In this document: positions 1 through 11,630 of the stretch, piece after piece | How positions within the stretch are numbered: position 1 is the stretch's first letter | How the letters are laid out: every line of letters starts with the position of its first letter | NCBI RefSeq assembly: GCF_006345805.1 | Contig: NC_043002.1 | Coordinates: 44,640,001-44,704,000 of the forward strand | Source of the DNA: Octopus sinensis | Taxonomy: Eukaryota | Reading direction: 5' to 3' | Length of the DNA: 64,000 nt | Made by a program: the position numbers and the translations under genes | Notes under the pieces: model-generated | The model's input: only the letters and a program-made list of their open reading frames with translations | The model's database searches: none | What the model was told of the DNA's origin: nothing

Positions 1-1560
1 CCGACGTTCCCAACTGTCTGACAGATACCGACTGAATCTCAAATGTGCTAATATGGACTCGGAGCCACCATGATGAGTATTTCAGATCGTACTTATTTTG
101 AGTGTTTGATAGGTTAACTGACAAATATATATTAAGATATCCAGAATTCAAAATTGGTCGGCTACACAGATCATAAATTTGTGATATTCATAGTCGCCTT
201 AGATAGGATTCATAGACAGGGTTTCAGCTACTGGAAGTTAGACGCGTATTTTCTGATGCGGAAAGGCGACAGAGCGCGGAGCAAGAAAACAAGGATGTAG
301 GAAAGCCGTTGGATGGGGAAGGATGGGGGATGCACAACGTAGCAATACAACTACAGTTCAGTCTTTGAAATATCAAAATGAGCGCATACTGCGCGGTTCC
401 AATCAAAGGTGCATAACCTTCCAGCAGCATATTGCTCAACTCTTCCGAGAAAGCGATAGGCTACAGGGAATTATGAACTTTAGTGCCTACCTCGACGGTC
501 AGCCGAAACTCTCGGAAGAAAAGGCTTGGTACTATGAAAGCAAAGAACAGCAACTCAGATACGAGAAACATTGAGTGTTTGTGCGAGGAACAAATCGCCT
601 AATTTGGATGGTCTACCTATGTTATATGCCGGAGCTGTTAAGTAACTACTTGGCAAACGTCTATCACATCTGGCAGTACAATGAGATAATTTCCAGCTCT
701 ATGAGCCGAAGGATTTTCACTTTACTGAGAAAGGATGCCAATGTAAAGAATATCATTGAAAATCTCCGCTCCATAAACCAACTAAATGCAGAGTTTAAAA
801 TTTTGGCCAAGGTGTTGACAAAGAGGTTGGCGCTTGTTTGAAAAGCTCAAACATGATCACTGATCTTTTCTATACATACCGGTGCTAGGGCGTTTGGTGA
901 GGAGGTTTGAGAGGCATCCTCTTCGAAATGAGATGCGTCAGTGCTCTGTCAGCAGATGCAGATGACATCATACTCATGGCGTCAGAAACTGCAGACGTTC
1001 AGGTAATCGATTTATTTTAATGGAATACAAGGCGATGGCAAGTGCTAAGATAATTCTAAACAAGCCTGTAGACCTGAAGTTCGGCAACTAGAGAAGCAAA
1101 ACTATGCCATCGAACAGTATAGTTGATTGATGGACAACCGGACCAGTGAAATAGCTCAGATTACCAGATGAACAAGAACAGGGATGAGGTTACAGTGAGG
1201 ATGGCCATTCTCATTCATAAACGGGCTGTGTGGAAATTAAGGTGGGTAAGAGCGATGAAGTTCTCGGGACTTTCGGGCCTGGTACTACCAAGGAAAATTT
1301 CCAGAAATTCCTAGTCTGGCAGTGCTACCGTGGAACACTAGAAGTTGGAAGCGCTGTCAGGTGAGAATGTCCGAGATGCGCGTAGAGTGACAAAACCGCT
1401 TTGCATGCACTGGTGCAGTGTCCGAGTGCTGCTGACTCGTGGAGTTATGTCGAACAGCTGCTATCGCGTGTAAAACGCATCCCACTTTTGGCCGAATCCA
1501 GTGTGAGTATCTCTCATCTACATTTAAGAAAGTATGGCAGGCGGTGTTCCACCGGAGTAA
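1..1560 (+). mobile_element. Decayed Tx1/L1-clade LINE ORF2 remnant (APE endonuclease end, RT start, C-terminal Cys/His motif) with internal deletions
   Basis: By-eye translation gives GYTDHKFV...SYWKLD near 160-245, like the end of an APE domain. ORF 575-841 contains LRSINQLNAEFKILAKVLTKRL, resembling the L1/Tx1 RT motif RPISLLNxDYKILAKxLxxRL. ORF 1401 begins HALVQCP...WSYVEQLL, like the L1-type C-terminal motif. Many stops and frameshifts. Confidence 0.75.
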
Positions 1561-1564
1561 GAGG

Positions 1565-2542
1565 TCAAGCTCTCACTGAAAATTTTAAGTTCCATTTGGA
1601 AAGGAAAGTGAGAATGGGGAGAAAAAGTGAATTTATGAACAGATGGGTGACTGTAGCAAAATGGGTTTGACTGAGTGGCCATAATCTAAGTGTATGGTCA
1701 AACTGAATCATAAAATCCCATAGGATCTTTGCATTATCGTTTTCGATTATACCTTCAATTTTATGTTCGTACCACTTTTTTTGCTCTGTCAAGTCCATAC
1801 TTGTTGCAAAGTGTCGAATAGACAATCCTTGCTATGTTGTCATGACGTATTTTATATTATTTTGGGGCTAGTACCGTACATTAACTAGTAATGTGCTATA
1901 GAGTTTCACCATTTTCCCACAAATTCTGTACTTATCACTTTCTGATGTGTTGTCTATTCCGTAATTGGTTCTTAATGCTTGCTCTTGGGCAGCACAGATA
2001 AGAGTGTCCGTTTCGGATTTTACATCACTTTTAGTTACCTTAAGCATCTTTTTCTCTGTCTGCCTTATTTTCAACTTCCCTATGAAATTGTCCATGCATT
2101 CTTTTCCTTATCCACCTATTTTCTGTTTCATTCATTCTCAAGTCCATGTACAGTGCTTCATCTTTGCGATCATCCATTCTACACAAGCCTGACCTTTTTA
2201 CGTCGAATAATAGTGGTTCTGTGGCATTTTTTACATATCATGCTATGCAGTTTTCTTCTACTGTAATGCTGTGTTCGCATCCAATAATTACTCTTCCCCT
2301 CTTTTTCTTGGTACATAATCTGTCTGTGTCACTATTTGGGTGGAATATCCCATATCTACTCAGTAACTTTCTTGCCTTCCTGCTTAAGCTGTTTAGTTCT
2401 TCTGCTGTTCATGCTATTACCCCTGCTCAATAACTAAGGAGTAAAACTCCATAATTAAGGATTAAAATCACTCCTTAGTTATGGAGCAATCCAATAATAA
2501 GATAGCTTCAATCTTATTCTGTCCGTTTAATTTCGACTTAAG
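1565..2542 (-). mobile_element. R4/Dong-type RLE LINE, 3' part (post-RT region, CCHC motif, start of restriction-like endonuclease)
   Basis: ORFs 1868-2095 (KSETDTLICAAQEQALRTNY...YRICG) and 1565-1825 (KKWYEHKIEGIIENDNAKILWDFMIQFDH). Reverse strand at 2542-2500 reads LKSKLNGQNKIEAI. Confidence 0.85.
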
Positions 2543-2813
2543 AAAGTAAAGATGGTAAGATACAACCAAAGAATGAAGAGATACCAGTAGAATAGGTTAT
2601 TCAGAGTAGATCAGAAGATATTCTACAAAGAGATAAATGGAGATACCAGATAATATTGAAAGTTAAAGGTTTGGGAGTGACATCTGGAACAAAGACAAGG
2701 TATCTCGTCATTCTTTGGTTGTATCTTACCATCTTTGCTTTCTTAAGCCGAAATTAAACGAACAGAATAATATTGAAGCTATCATATTATTGGATCGCCC
2801 CATAACTAAGGAG
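2471..2813. repeat. 115-bp inverted repeat (2471-2585 vs 2699-2813) duplicating a LINE inversion junction
   Basis: The reverse complement of 2699-2813 aligns end to end with 2471-2585, with scattered substitutions. Confidence 0.9.
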
Positions 2814-3905
2814 CAATAACTAATAATATGCGGAATGGTTGCAAGAACCTAAACAAACAGTAATCTGTTCACAATAGGCAGAACTAGTCGTCTCAGTTAG
2901 GGTAGTGAAGGAAACTAGCAAACGAATGGGCAACTGGAAGGCCCCGGGACCAGATGGAGTTCAAGGCTACTGGATCAAAAGATTTGGTGAATGTCATGCA
3001 CGAATAGCTGCACAAATCAATAGCTTGTTAAATGGCGACCAAGTAACACCAGAGTGACTGATAATGGGTAGCATAGTGCTGTGCTTGAAAAACATTGCAA
3101 AAGGCAAAACGGTAGAAAATTACAGGCCGATATCCTGCTTATGTGGAAATTATTGACTTCGTATAGTCGAAGAGTCAATGTACATACATCTGGAAAAAGC
3201 AGAAGGGCTGCAATCGTAAGTGCAGAGGTACCAAGGATCAACTTCTGGTAGACAAAGCTGTACTTAGAGACTGCAAGAGGTGGAAAACTAACTTGGCCAT
3301 GTCATGGAACGATTATCGCAAGGCATACCATATGATTCCACATTCTTGAATTATGGTATTTATTCCATCGAATGTTGAGCGATTGCTTGGAAGAAGTGTG
3401 GCGAAGTGGAGGACGGAACTGACAGCATATAGAAGAAGTTTAGGGACATTAAAAATCAGGAGAGGCATCTTTCAAGAGGACTGTCTCTCCCCACTTATCT
3501 TTGTACTGTGCATGATACCACTAACATTGATTGGAACGCAAAGGCTGGGTATGTATTCAAGAGACGCCTACAAAAATGTCAACTACTTGTTATTGATAGA
3601 TGACCTCAAGGTTTATGGTAAAGATGAAGTCCAAGCCAGTTCCCTTGTCGATACGGTGTATACTTTCAGTACCGATATCGGAATGGAGTTCGGACAGAAA
3701 AAGTGTGGCGTGTTAGCCTTAAAGATAAGCAAAGTTAAATGTATGGACGAGCTAGCGATATAATCGGGGGAAGTTATGAAGCAAATAGAAAAGACGGACT
3801 ATAAGTACTTCGGGATAAATTGATGGAGAAAGAAATTACAGAAAAATTTAAGGTGGAGTGCATGCGCAGACTGGCACTGATAATTAAGTCGAAATTAAAC
3901 GGACA
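2543..3905 (+). mobile_element. R4/Dong-type LINE RT region, inverted relative to the adjacent 3' part
   Basis: RYNQRMKRYQ*NRLFRVDQKIFYKEING at about 2557-2642 and NWKAPGPDGVQGYW at about 2930. ORF 3353-3763 has RRGIFQEDCLSPLIFVLCMIPL and LLLIDDLKVYGK (YxDD box). Ends at IKSKLNG (3905). Confidence 0.88.
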
Positions 3906-4237
3906 CATTATTATAATTATTATTATTGTTATAATTATTATTATTTTTCTATGTTTGACTTTTGCTTTATATTTGTACAAGTTGGCTCCAAGTCTCACCC
4001 AGAGACCTCAAGAGACAACAGGTTGGAAGTTCATGTTGTTGTTGTGCCTTGTGTGCCATATATTTGGTTTTGTATTTAGTGTTGTACTAGTGTTGTACGA
4101 AAATTATGTTTGTTTTAAAACTTGAGATTACATAGTAAGTATTTTGCGTAGGATATGAGCAGTTCCCATGAGCACTATCTTTTGAATTTCTGCCATTTTG
4201 GGGTTTCCTGGTATCTGAGTTAGGTAGCGATCAGCCC
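3906..4237 (-). mobile_element. 5'-truncated R4/Dong LINE 3' end (family B) with 3' UTR and (AAT)n tail
   Basis: Reverse translation IPGNPKMAEIQKIVLMGTAHILRKILTM*. The 3' UTR matches 7660-7790 and 39620-39735. Tail appears as (ATT)n at 3907-3945. Confidence 0.85.
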
Positions 4238-4238
4238 C

Positions 4239-4294
<56 letters not shown>

Positions 4295-4767
4295 TTATTG
4301 TCTTTGCACAGCTTCTAACGCTGAAGATGTACTACGGTGTCAGCAGTTCACCACCAGTAAACTAAGGTAACACTCCTTACTTTCGAGCACCATTCGGAGT
4401 ATTCGAGCGATTGCAAACAGTGCAGCTTTCTGCAAATGCTCCACCCTTATTGCAGCCCTAATTTGTTTCATGTACTTCGCATGATGTTTAGTCACATTTC
4501 CCAGGGCTCCGACAGTTATTGGTACTACTACCACCTATTTCACTGACCTCAACTGATTAATCTTTAAAGCTAACCTGTCATATCTATCAACATTTCTTTC
4601 TTCCTTATCGCATACCTTGTTGTCAGCTGGGCATGCTATATCTATGATCCAGCATTGTTTGCTTTCTTTCACAGTTAATACTATGTCTGGTTTCCTATTC
4701 TCTATCTCATGGTCGCACTGAATCTTAACATCTCATAGGATCTTTGCATAATTATTTTCGATGATGC
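4238..4767 (-). mobile_element. 5'-truncated R4/Dong LINE 3' end (family A, RLE domain) with (AAT)n tail
   Basis: ORF 4340-4534 (VVPITVGALGNVTK...LQKAALFAIARILRMVLE). Upstream NRKPDIV...IIDIACPAD is a PD-(D/E)xK-like motif. Tail at 4239-4297. Confidence 0.85.
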
Positions 4768-4780
4768 CTTATTATTATTA

Positions 4781-4816
<36 letters not shown>

Positions 4817-5243
4817 GAATGAGTGAAAGAGCAGTGAATGCCATCAAAGTGACACTGAGGTAAAATATACGAAGCCCAGTATACCCATCATGACTACCCG
4901 TGCGCAACATTGTGATCTCATATCAAGATAAACAGCACATGACATTGCAGGTGGGGCCCAGATTGAATTTTCTTCTCTCACTTAAAAGGTCCCTGAATAA
5001 GGGTTGTTTAAGGATGTTGAACGAAAGACCCATGTTTGCAGAGGTGAATTATTCAACCCCAAAGAATCACTCTCAGCATATGGCTATGATGCTCCCCAAC
5101 TACTTCTGCTTGTGATCAGAGATGCACATATCGCCAGCCTCTAAGGGACATGCTCAACTGGTTAAGGTCAAACAACAGACAAGCAAATCTGTGGTATTGA
5201 GCAGAGTATTTGCTGTAGCCCATCATTTATACCAAGACAAAAC
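4768..5243 (-). mobile_element. Non-coding interspersed element with (AAT)n tail (LINE 3' UTR or non-autonomous element)
   Basis: About 430 bp of unique sequence bounded by (ATT)n at 4770-4815 and (ATC)n/(ATT)n at 5245-5308, stacked in the same polarity as its neighbours. Family recognised from memory only. Confidence 0.5.
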
Positions 5244-5307
<64 letters not shown>

Positions 5308-5309
<2 letters not shown>

Positions 5310-5495
5310 GGCGACGAACTGGCAGGATCGTTAGCATGCTGGACGAAATGCTTAGCGGTACTTCGCTTGTAACTAATTTCTTCGTTCAAATTCCGCCGAG
5401 GTCGACTCTTTGCCTTTCATCCTTTCAGGGTTGATAAATTAAGTACCTGTGAAACACTGGGGTCGATGTAATCGACAGTTCCCCTCCCACCAAAT
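5308..5495 (+). mobile_element. tRNA-headed SINE, family A
   Basis: Head GGCGACGAACTGGCAGGATCGTTAG, B-box-like GTTCAAATTCC, body GCCTTTCATCCTTTC...GATAAATTAAGTACC...CTGGGGTCGATGTAATCGAC. Many other copies in the window. Confidence 0.85.
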
Positions 5496-5531
5496 CATCA
5501 TCCTCATCATCCTCATTGTTGTTGTTGTTAT

Positions 5532-5574
<43 letters not shown>

Positions 5575-6415
5575 GTTGCCCTTATCAGCCAGTAACAATA
5601 CGTTCCATGGTTAATCATGATAATAGCAACAGCACCAGTAGCAATATTAATGATAAAGAAATACTTTTATAATGGCCTTTGAATCCCCTTAGTTAATCCA
5701 TTATTTGATTGATTGTGTTTTCCATCATCAGGCTGTCCAAATAGAAAGGAGTCCCTTCGCTTTGTCTTCTGGATCTTGCCCTCATATCTCTAATCACAAC
5801 ATCATTTCTCTTCTCCTATGAGAGCCACGAGGATACTCCTGTCATGAGTAATGGTAGGAATACCATGCGACGGTGAAAATATTTCCATCACATGTGATTG
5901 TTGTAGCGGAGAAGAGCCGGTTATACCCTGCTTTGAGTTGTAGGCCAAAAATGTGAGATCAAAGGAGAAAATTATATATATATATATATATATAATATAT
6001 ATATATATATACATATATATATGTGTGTGTGTATATTTAACCTCTCATATTCTCATATGTATATATATATATACATATACATATGAGAATATGGGCGGTC
6101 AAATAAAAGTGAAAGAAGAAAGAAAAATCTTCATACGACAAGGAAAATGGGAAAACAAAAGTAAATTTTTTGACAAACAAATCATTAGTGTAACCTAGCT
6201 AGTTCAGATATTGTTTTCTTCCTAGATCTCACGAGGCGAGAGACAGAGAACAAATGAGTTTTCACAAAGAAATACAGACAAAAATAATTTATGGAACAAA
6301 AATAGAAGTGAAACAAGAGAGAAGAGAAAGCCTGTTAATGTAGACGGTCAAAAAGAAATAATAATTATTATTATCATCATTATTATTATTATCCTTATTA
6401 CTATTATTATCATCA

Positions 6416-6447
<32 letters not shown>

Positions 6448-6699
6448 GTTGTTGTTTCTGTTGTAGTTGTTGCTGTTGGTATTGCTGTGCATTTAAAAAG
6501 TGTACGTTTTTTCAAAGCGCGTGAGATATTGTTGAATTTCTTCGTTTTGAATATGCTATTTGTATTTTTGTTGTATAATGTTGTTAATAAGCCAACTAGG
6601 ATTCCCTGAGGTCAGTTGGCTTTGTTAAATTATCGGTGTAGAATCAGAATTTATTTCTGTATTTAGTTTAGTAGAAATCTATTCATTTTTTAAAAATGG

Positions 6700-7632
6700 C
6701 TTCCGATTTTTCGGACAATTGCCAAGGGGTGAAACCAGAGAGTGGAACATTTGTTTTACTACTGACATACCACCTGCCCAACAAAACATCACGTTTCCCA
6801 CCATCACTACTAATGTCGACCGAAACAAGAGCAAAAACAGCAGCAGCAACGTTACCAGGCAATTGAAAAACAAACTACAGCCACAAGGAAATTGAAAACA
6901 ACAATAACAACTAAAACAACAACAAATTGAGACCGTAGACAACAAAAAAAAACGAAAATCAAACTTCCCATTCAATACACCTGCACGTTCCATCTTCAAC
7001 GCCGCCCACACCATAAAATTTGTTTTTAAATCGTAAAAATTAAAGCAATTCGTATAACTAGTATTAATGGTATAATTGTTCCAAATTTGGAAGTATTAAA
7101 AAACGCAAAACGTATTCATGTGGGATGTAAGCGAGATGTTGCACTCAAAACTCCAGGATGAACCTAGCAACAAACCGGATACCATCCTCAAAATTGTTAT
7201 AAACAAACCGAATTGTTGTAAATATATCTTTAGCCACAAAATGTAGAAGGATGGGACAAACCACACAGTGGCAGATTGAAAGGAAAGCATCAGATCCCTC
7301 TGGAATTCCAAATAATACGCAGCCAGAGGAGAAAGGTATGGCACAATAAGTGTAAGATGAGACCAGGAAGCACACCATGTTAGTTAAAATAAAGGTAGTT
7401 AGTGTGCAACAGAAATAAACATATGTTGATCGGCTGGTGGGAGCTGACTATTTTGATATGGTGGATAAAACCAATATTATAGAATTTCGGAGGTAACAGA
7501 AACAATATGGTCAGGCCAAGAGATGGCACTTGTGTGGTGACACAAACCAATGCCTTATGCCTAGTACAAAGTAAAAGAAGAAAAACTATTACTTCTGCGG
7601 ACCTGTAACCACAACAACGATGCAAGCACATT
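6700..7632 (+). mobile_element. Heavily decayed R4/Dong-like LINE segment upstream of and at the start of RT
   Basis: Fragmentary similarity by eye (KRWHLCGD and PVTTTTM resembling KWKSPGxD and RPITCLTTMYK). It abuts (AAT)n and a family-B 3' UTR. Confidence 0.4.
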
Positions 7633-7659
7633 ATTTACATTAATAATAATAATAATAAT

Positions 7660-7787
7660 AAGTACAAAATCAAATATATGGCACCCTAAGCATAACACTA
7701 ACATGAACTTCCAACTTGTTGTCTCTTGAGGTCTCTAGGTGAGACTTGGAGCCAACTTGTACAAATGTAAAGCAAAAGTCAAACATA

Positions 7788-7855
<68 letters not shown>

Positions 7856-7865
7856 TAATAATAAC
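7660..7865 (+). mobile_element. R4/Dong family-B 3' UTR with (AAT)n tail
   Basis: GGCACCCTAAGCATAACAC...GAGACTTGGAGCCAACTTGTACAAAT matches 39641-39727 and the reverse of 3960-4060. Confidence 0.85.
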
Positions 7866-7969
7866 AATGATGATGATGATGATGATGATGATAACAACAA
7901 CAAGAATAATAATAATAACCACATCTAAAAATATTTTAGGAGAGAGAACCCAGGTTCGAAATTTCCCAA

Positions 7970-8014
7970 GACACCTAATGAAGGCCAGAGGGTATATAAG
8001 CCAAAACGTTGTGC
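7970..8014 (+). ncRNA. Degenerate minimal type I hammerhead-like motif in a short element (about 7921-8112)
   Basis: GACAC-CTAATGA-AGGC..GCC-AAAACGTT-GTG. The layout matches CUGAUGA / stem II / GAAA / ACGT palindrome / stem I, with two core G>A changes. Confidence 0.5.
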
Positions 8015-8462
8015 TAGCCAGAAACAAGATGAGGACAAATATCAGTCAAACGTAAATAATGAAAATAATGTAAATAATGTACATAATTCCTCATCTCTTA
8101 ACTATAGAACTGAATTAACAATGCAAGCAGTAAAAAAAGTAGTGGCAGCCTCAACAGCGACAGGCGAACACAACAATGTCACTGACAGCAAGGTTAAAAC
8201 TAACAATCACGAAAACTACCATGTCAGCAGTAGCAGCAACAATAGAATCGACAGCAAATGAAACAACCGAAGCACCTGCAACAACAACAGTAACTGGAAA
8301 CTCCAAACAACGGCAACACACAACCTCAAATTAGCATCAAATATTTCCGCAATAGAACACATCAAACCTTCATGCGACATGCCCCACCTCCTAGACTCGC
8401 ACTACACGCACGTCATGTAGTGAAGATAACGGGGAGGAGGTAACCAAACAGGAAACAGTTTT

Positions 8463-8700
8463 ATATTCTTTTACTCTTTAACTCTTTTACTTGTTTCAGT
8501 CATTTGTCTGTGGCCATACTGGAGCACCGCCTTTAGTCGAGCAAATCGACCCCAGGACTTATGCTTTGTAAGCCTAGTACTTATATTATCGGTTCCTTTT
8601 GCCGAACCGCTAAGTTACGGGGACGTAAACACACCAGCATCGGTTGTCAAGCGATGTTTGGGGGGACGAACACATACACACAAACACACACATAGATACA

Positions 8701-8763
<63 letters not shown>

Positions 8764-8945
8764 ATATATATACATATATACGACGGGCTTCTTTCAGTTT
8801 CCGTCTCCCAAATTCACTCACAAGGCTTTGGTCAGCCCGAGACTATAGTAGAAGACACTTGCCCAAGGTGCCACGCAGTGGGACTGAACCCGGAATCATG
8901 TGGCTGGTAATCAAGCTACTATTACACAGCCACTCTTACGCCTAT
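8463..8945 (-). mobile_element. tRNA-headed SINE, family B, with internal (TA)/(TG) microsatellite
   Basis: Reverse strand has A/B-box-like TGGCTGTGTAAT...GGGTTCAGTCCC followed by CACCTTGGGCAAGTGTC. Near-identical copies at 19071 and 33276. Confidence 0.85.
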
Positions 8946-9524
8946 AAGTACATAAAATGAAAAAGAAATAAAGAATGCGCCAAACAAACGAACAAATGGA
9001 GGTAGTACTTTCAGGCAACGATCGACCAACAGCAGCTGCACCAGCAGTATTAGGATTATGATCACCATCATTTCAACCAACTCTATCTGATATAGCACCA
9101 TCAAAAGCAAAATGACACCAAGAGTGAGCAAATTCCCAACAAGAGCAATAAGAAATTATAACCTACGCAGCTACAAACATATAATAAAAAAACTAATATG
9201 CCGCATTTACCAAAATGAAGCATCATACACGATAACTACATCGCATTAACCAATAACATTCCACCATATATAAGTGTCATTCAAATTTCATAACACGCAG
9301 AATTTTAAACAATAAAGAAATGGGAGACATTCAGTTTTATATAAACCAAAGTATATATAAAGAACTGCTCATGAAAATACTCACAGCTAGCCTGAAGGAC
9401 AAAACACTGCCCCCCCCCCCCAAAAAGGATAAGATCTATTTCCTCATTCCCTCTTATCAAATATGGCTGTGCTCAAAATAGGCTAGATTGCTCTTGCAGC
9501 GATATCTGCGCGAGATGCGTACGA

Positions 9525-10160
9525 TAATGTGTTTAATTCTATAGGCTGGACAACGTTTTGAAGTGGTTAAACAAAGTTCATTTGAGTTACATATAATATA
9601 TAAAAACGGAAATTTCAGTGACATCCACACAAATTAATGGATTTTGAATTTATAAAACAGCATAGCAAGATTAATTATCCGCAGAGTCTATTTTTAAAAA
9701 CTATGATAATGTTTTAGTTACAACTAGCAGTATCGCCCGGCGTTGCTCAGGTTTGTAAGGGAAATAACTATAAAGCATTTTTAGAGAGTTATAGCCAAAA
9801 AAATAGCAAAAAAATGGAAAAAAATTATGGTAAATTTTCTTTTTAGTTAAAAAAGGTGGAGTTGCGTCCCCTAGACAGTTTGCGGTTTGTGTTTCTGATT
9901 CTCGACCCCATGTCGAATTTATCGATTTTTTTCAGAACTGGGGGAACTTTTCAAAATTTTCGCTGCGTTAGTTTTGAATTATGACATTGGGCTATGTGTG
10001 TGTCAAGTCTCATCAGAATCGGTTGAAAGCCGTGTTCAGGGTGAGGGTACAAGCAAACAGACACACAGAAACACGCACAGACAAACTGCCGTTTATATAG
10101 AGAGAGATTTTAGAATATGATTCTTTTGTCACTACATCAGTAAGCAAAGTGTTCGCCAAT
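9525..10160 (+). repeat. Dispersed duplicated block (paralogue at 12541-12797), here interrupted by a Helitron
   Basis: AATGTG..AATTCTATAGGCTGGACAA...ACATCCACACAAATTAATGG...GTCACTACATCAGTAAGCAAAGTGTTCG occurs at both places. Confidence 0.9.
9724..10107 (-). mobile_element. Non-autonomous Helitron (384 bp)
   Basis: On the minus strand it starts TC and ends CTAG, with a GC-rich subterminal palindrome (CGCCGGGCG). Inserted between A and T with no TSD, as shown by the empty site near 12741. Confidence 0.85.
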
Positions 10161-11305
10161 ACTATCTGATTAGAGTTTGTGTGAGTAACCACTTATGAGA
10201 ACCAGTCAGTGTCACGCGCTCAATACGTCGGGTTGTTTCATTTTCTCCCTTGAGTATATACTGACTCCTTGACCACCATTGCAAAAACTAGAAACTTTGA
10301 GGAATATCCTGCGCGAACTAGAATGCAGATAATTTGTATCGGCAAACGTGATAGACAACATCAAAGTAGGAACACTAAGCATGTCAGAGTAAACACGAGG
10401 CGGTGACAGGGTTTAAAATTGACCAAAGGGGCCGGTAGGCCCGCAGTTAGACACACTCCAACTCCCCTTGGAAAGGGTGGTCCATGTAACAGCACAGGAT
10501 CGACACACGGTTAAAATGTTCGATGTTCACTTGGGTAAGAACAGATACAAGGAGAGGAATGTCACCGAGTATTGAACCTAGAGAAAACTATTTCTGAAAT
10601 ATAGGGCAGAAACGCTAAAGTCTAAGTCACCTTCGACATCTATTACCGTCTATCCGTCGTGACTTGCCCTACTTCACGTCTGATCAGGATTAAGCGTCTA
10701 CTCACCCGCTTTTTACGAAACAGACGCGTTCCACTGGTACACAATACTTTGGTTGATTCATAGCAGAAACTTCTACGCTAGATTTTTAACGTCTCATATC
10801 GTTTAAATTGATTCTCAATGCAAAATGCGATATTTCTGTTTCACAACAGAATACTGTTAAGGAAATAAAACAAAACTGCAGAGTTTAATAGAGGCCATTA
10901 CAAACTAATCAAGAGAATTATTTAACAGTAGTAACATAATGTAAATATTTTCCTGTTATAATAATATGCAGAGTTAGAAAAGAACACAGGCGTAAGAATA
11001 TCGAGATGGGAGAAGAAAGAGCAAAAGAAGGACATTTGTTGAAGGAGAAAAGTCAATAGCAATAATGAAGAAAATAATGCAAACAGAACAACTTAATGGA
11101 TATCAAAAATGAGAAACGCTTGTGATACACGAATAAGAATCAGATAAAGAAATTTGTTGAAAATAAAAAAAGTTGAGCAAACCGAAATATATTAATACAG
11201 AAGTGGAAAAACATGAACATAAAATGAGAGAGAAAAAATGTTTTATACTACTGTAAATCAAGAAACGTCATTTAGAGAGACTTAGTAATTTTAATATTTC
11301 TATTA

Positions 11306-11630
11306 TTGAAAACAAGTGGATGTATTCCACTGTAACTAGGTATATAAAATCTTCGAACAGACGGTCAGTATCGACACCTGCTGGTTCTGACTACGCTGCA
11401 TTGATAAAGAGTAACAACCCTGAAACATGTCTGCAGATGTCTGACTAGCAAGGTGAAGCGGCTGATCTCCCCTGATCGAAGGTTGTAATGGACGCAGGTT
11501 CGTGTCATATAGCTAGCTAGAGGCGATGGTCTCTTGGAGCTAATCAGCGACAGTTTTAGTCTTATATTTATAGACTGCCATATTAGTATGGCGATAACTA
11601 TTAATATCCAGTAACGCTGCCGTAATCTCC
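11306..11630 (+). mobile_element. 325-bp hammerhead-bearing insertion (PLE pLTR-like) between 35-bp direct repeats
   Basis: Direct repeats at 11271-11305 and 11631-11665 (1 mismatch). Hammerhead-like motif at 11396-11436. Confidence 0.7.
11396..11436 (+). ncRNA. Minimal type I hammerhead-like motif (degenerate core)
   Basis: CTGCA-TTGATAA-AGAGT aaca ACCCT-GAAACATGTC-TGCAG. Stem I is CTGCA/TGCAG, stem III is the palindrome ACATGT, and the cleavage triplet is GUC. Confidence 0.65.

Noticed and set aside
5308-5400. SINE heads as tRNA genes (all families)
   Set aside because: They have A/B-box-like motifs but no cloverleaf, and they continue into SINE bodies.
10676-10735. CTGATCA...GAAAC as a hammerhead
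   Set aside because: No convincing stem II or stem I could be drawn.
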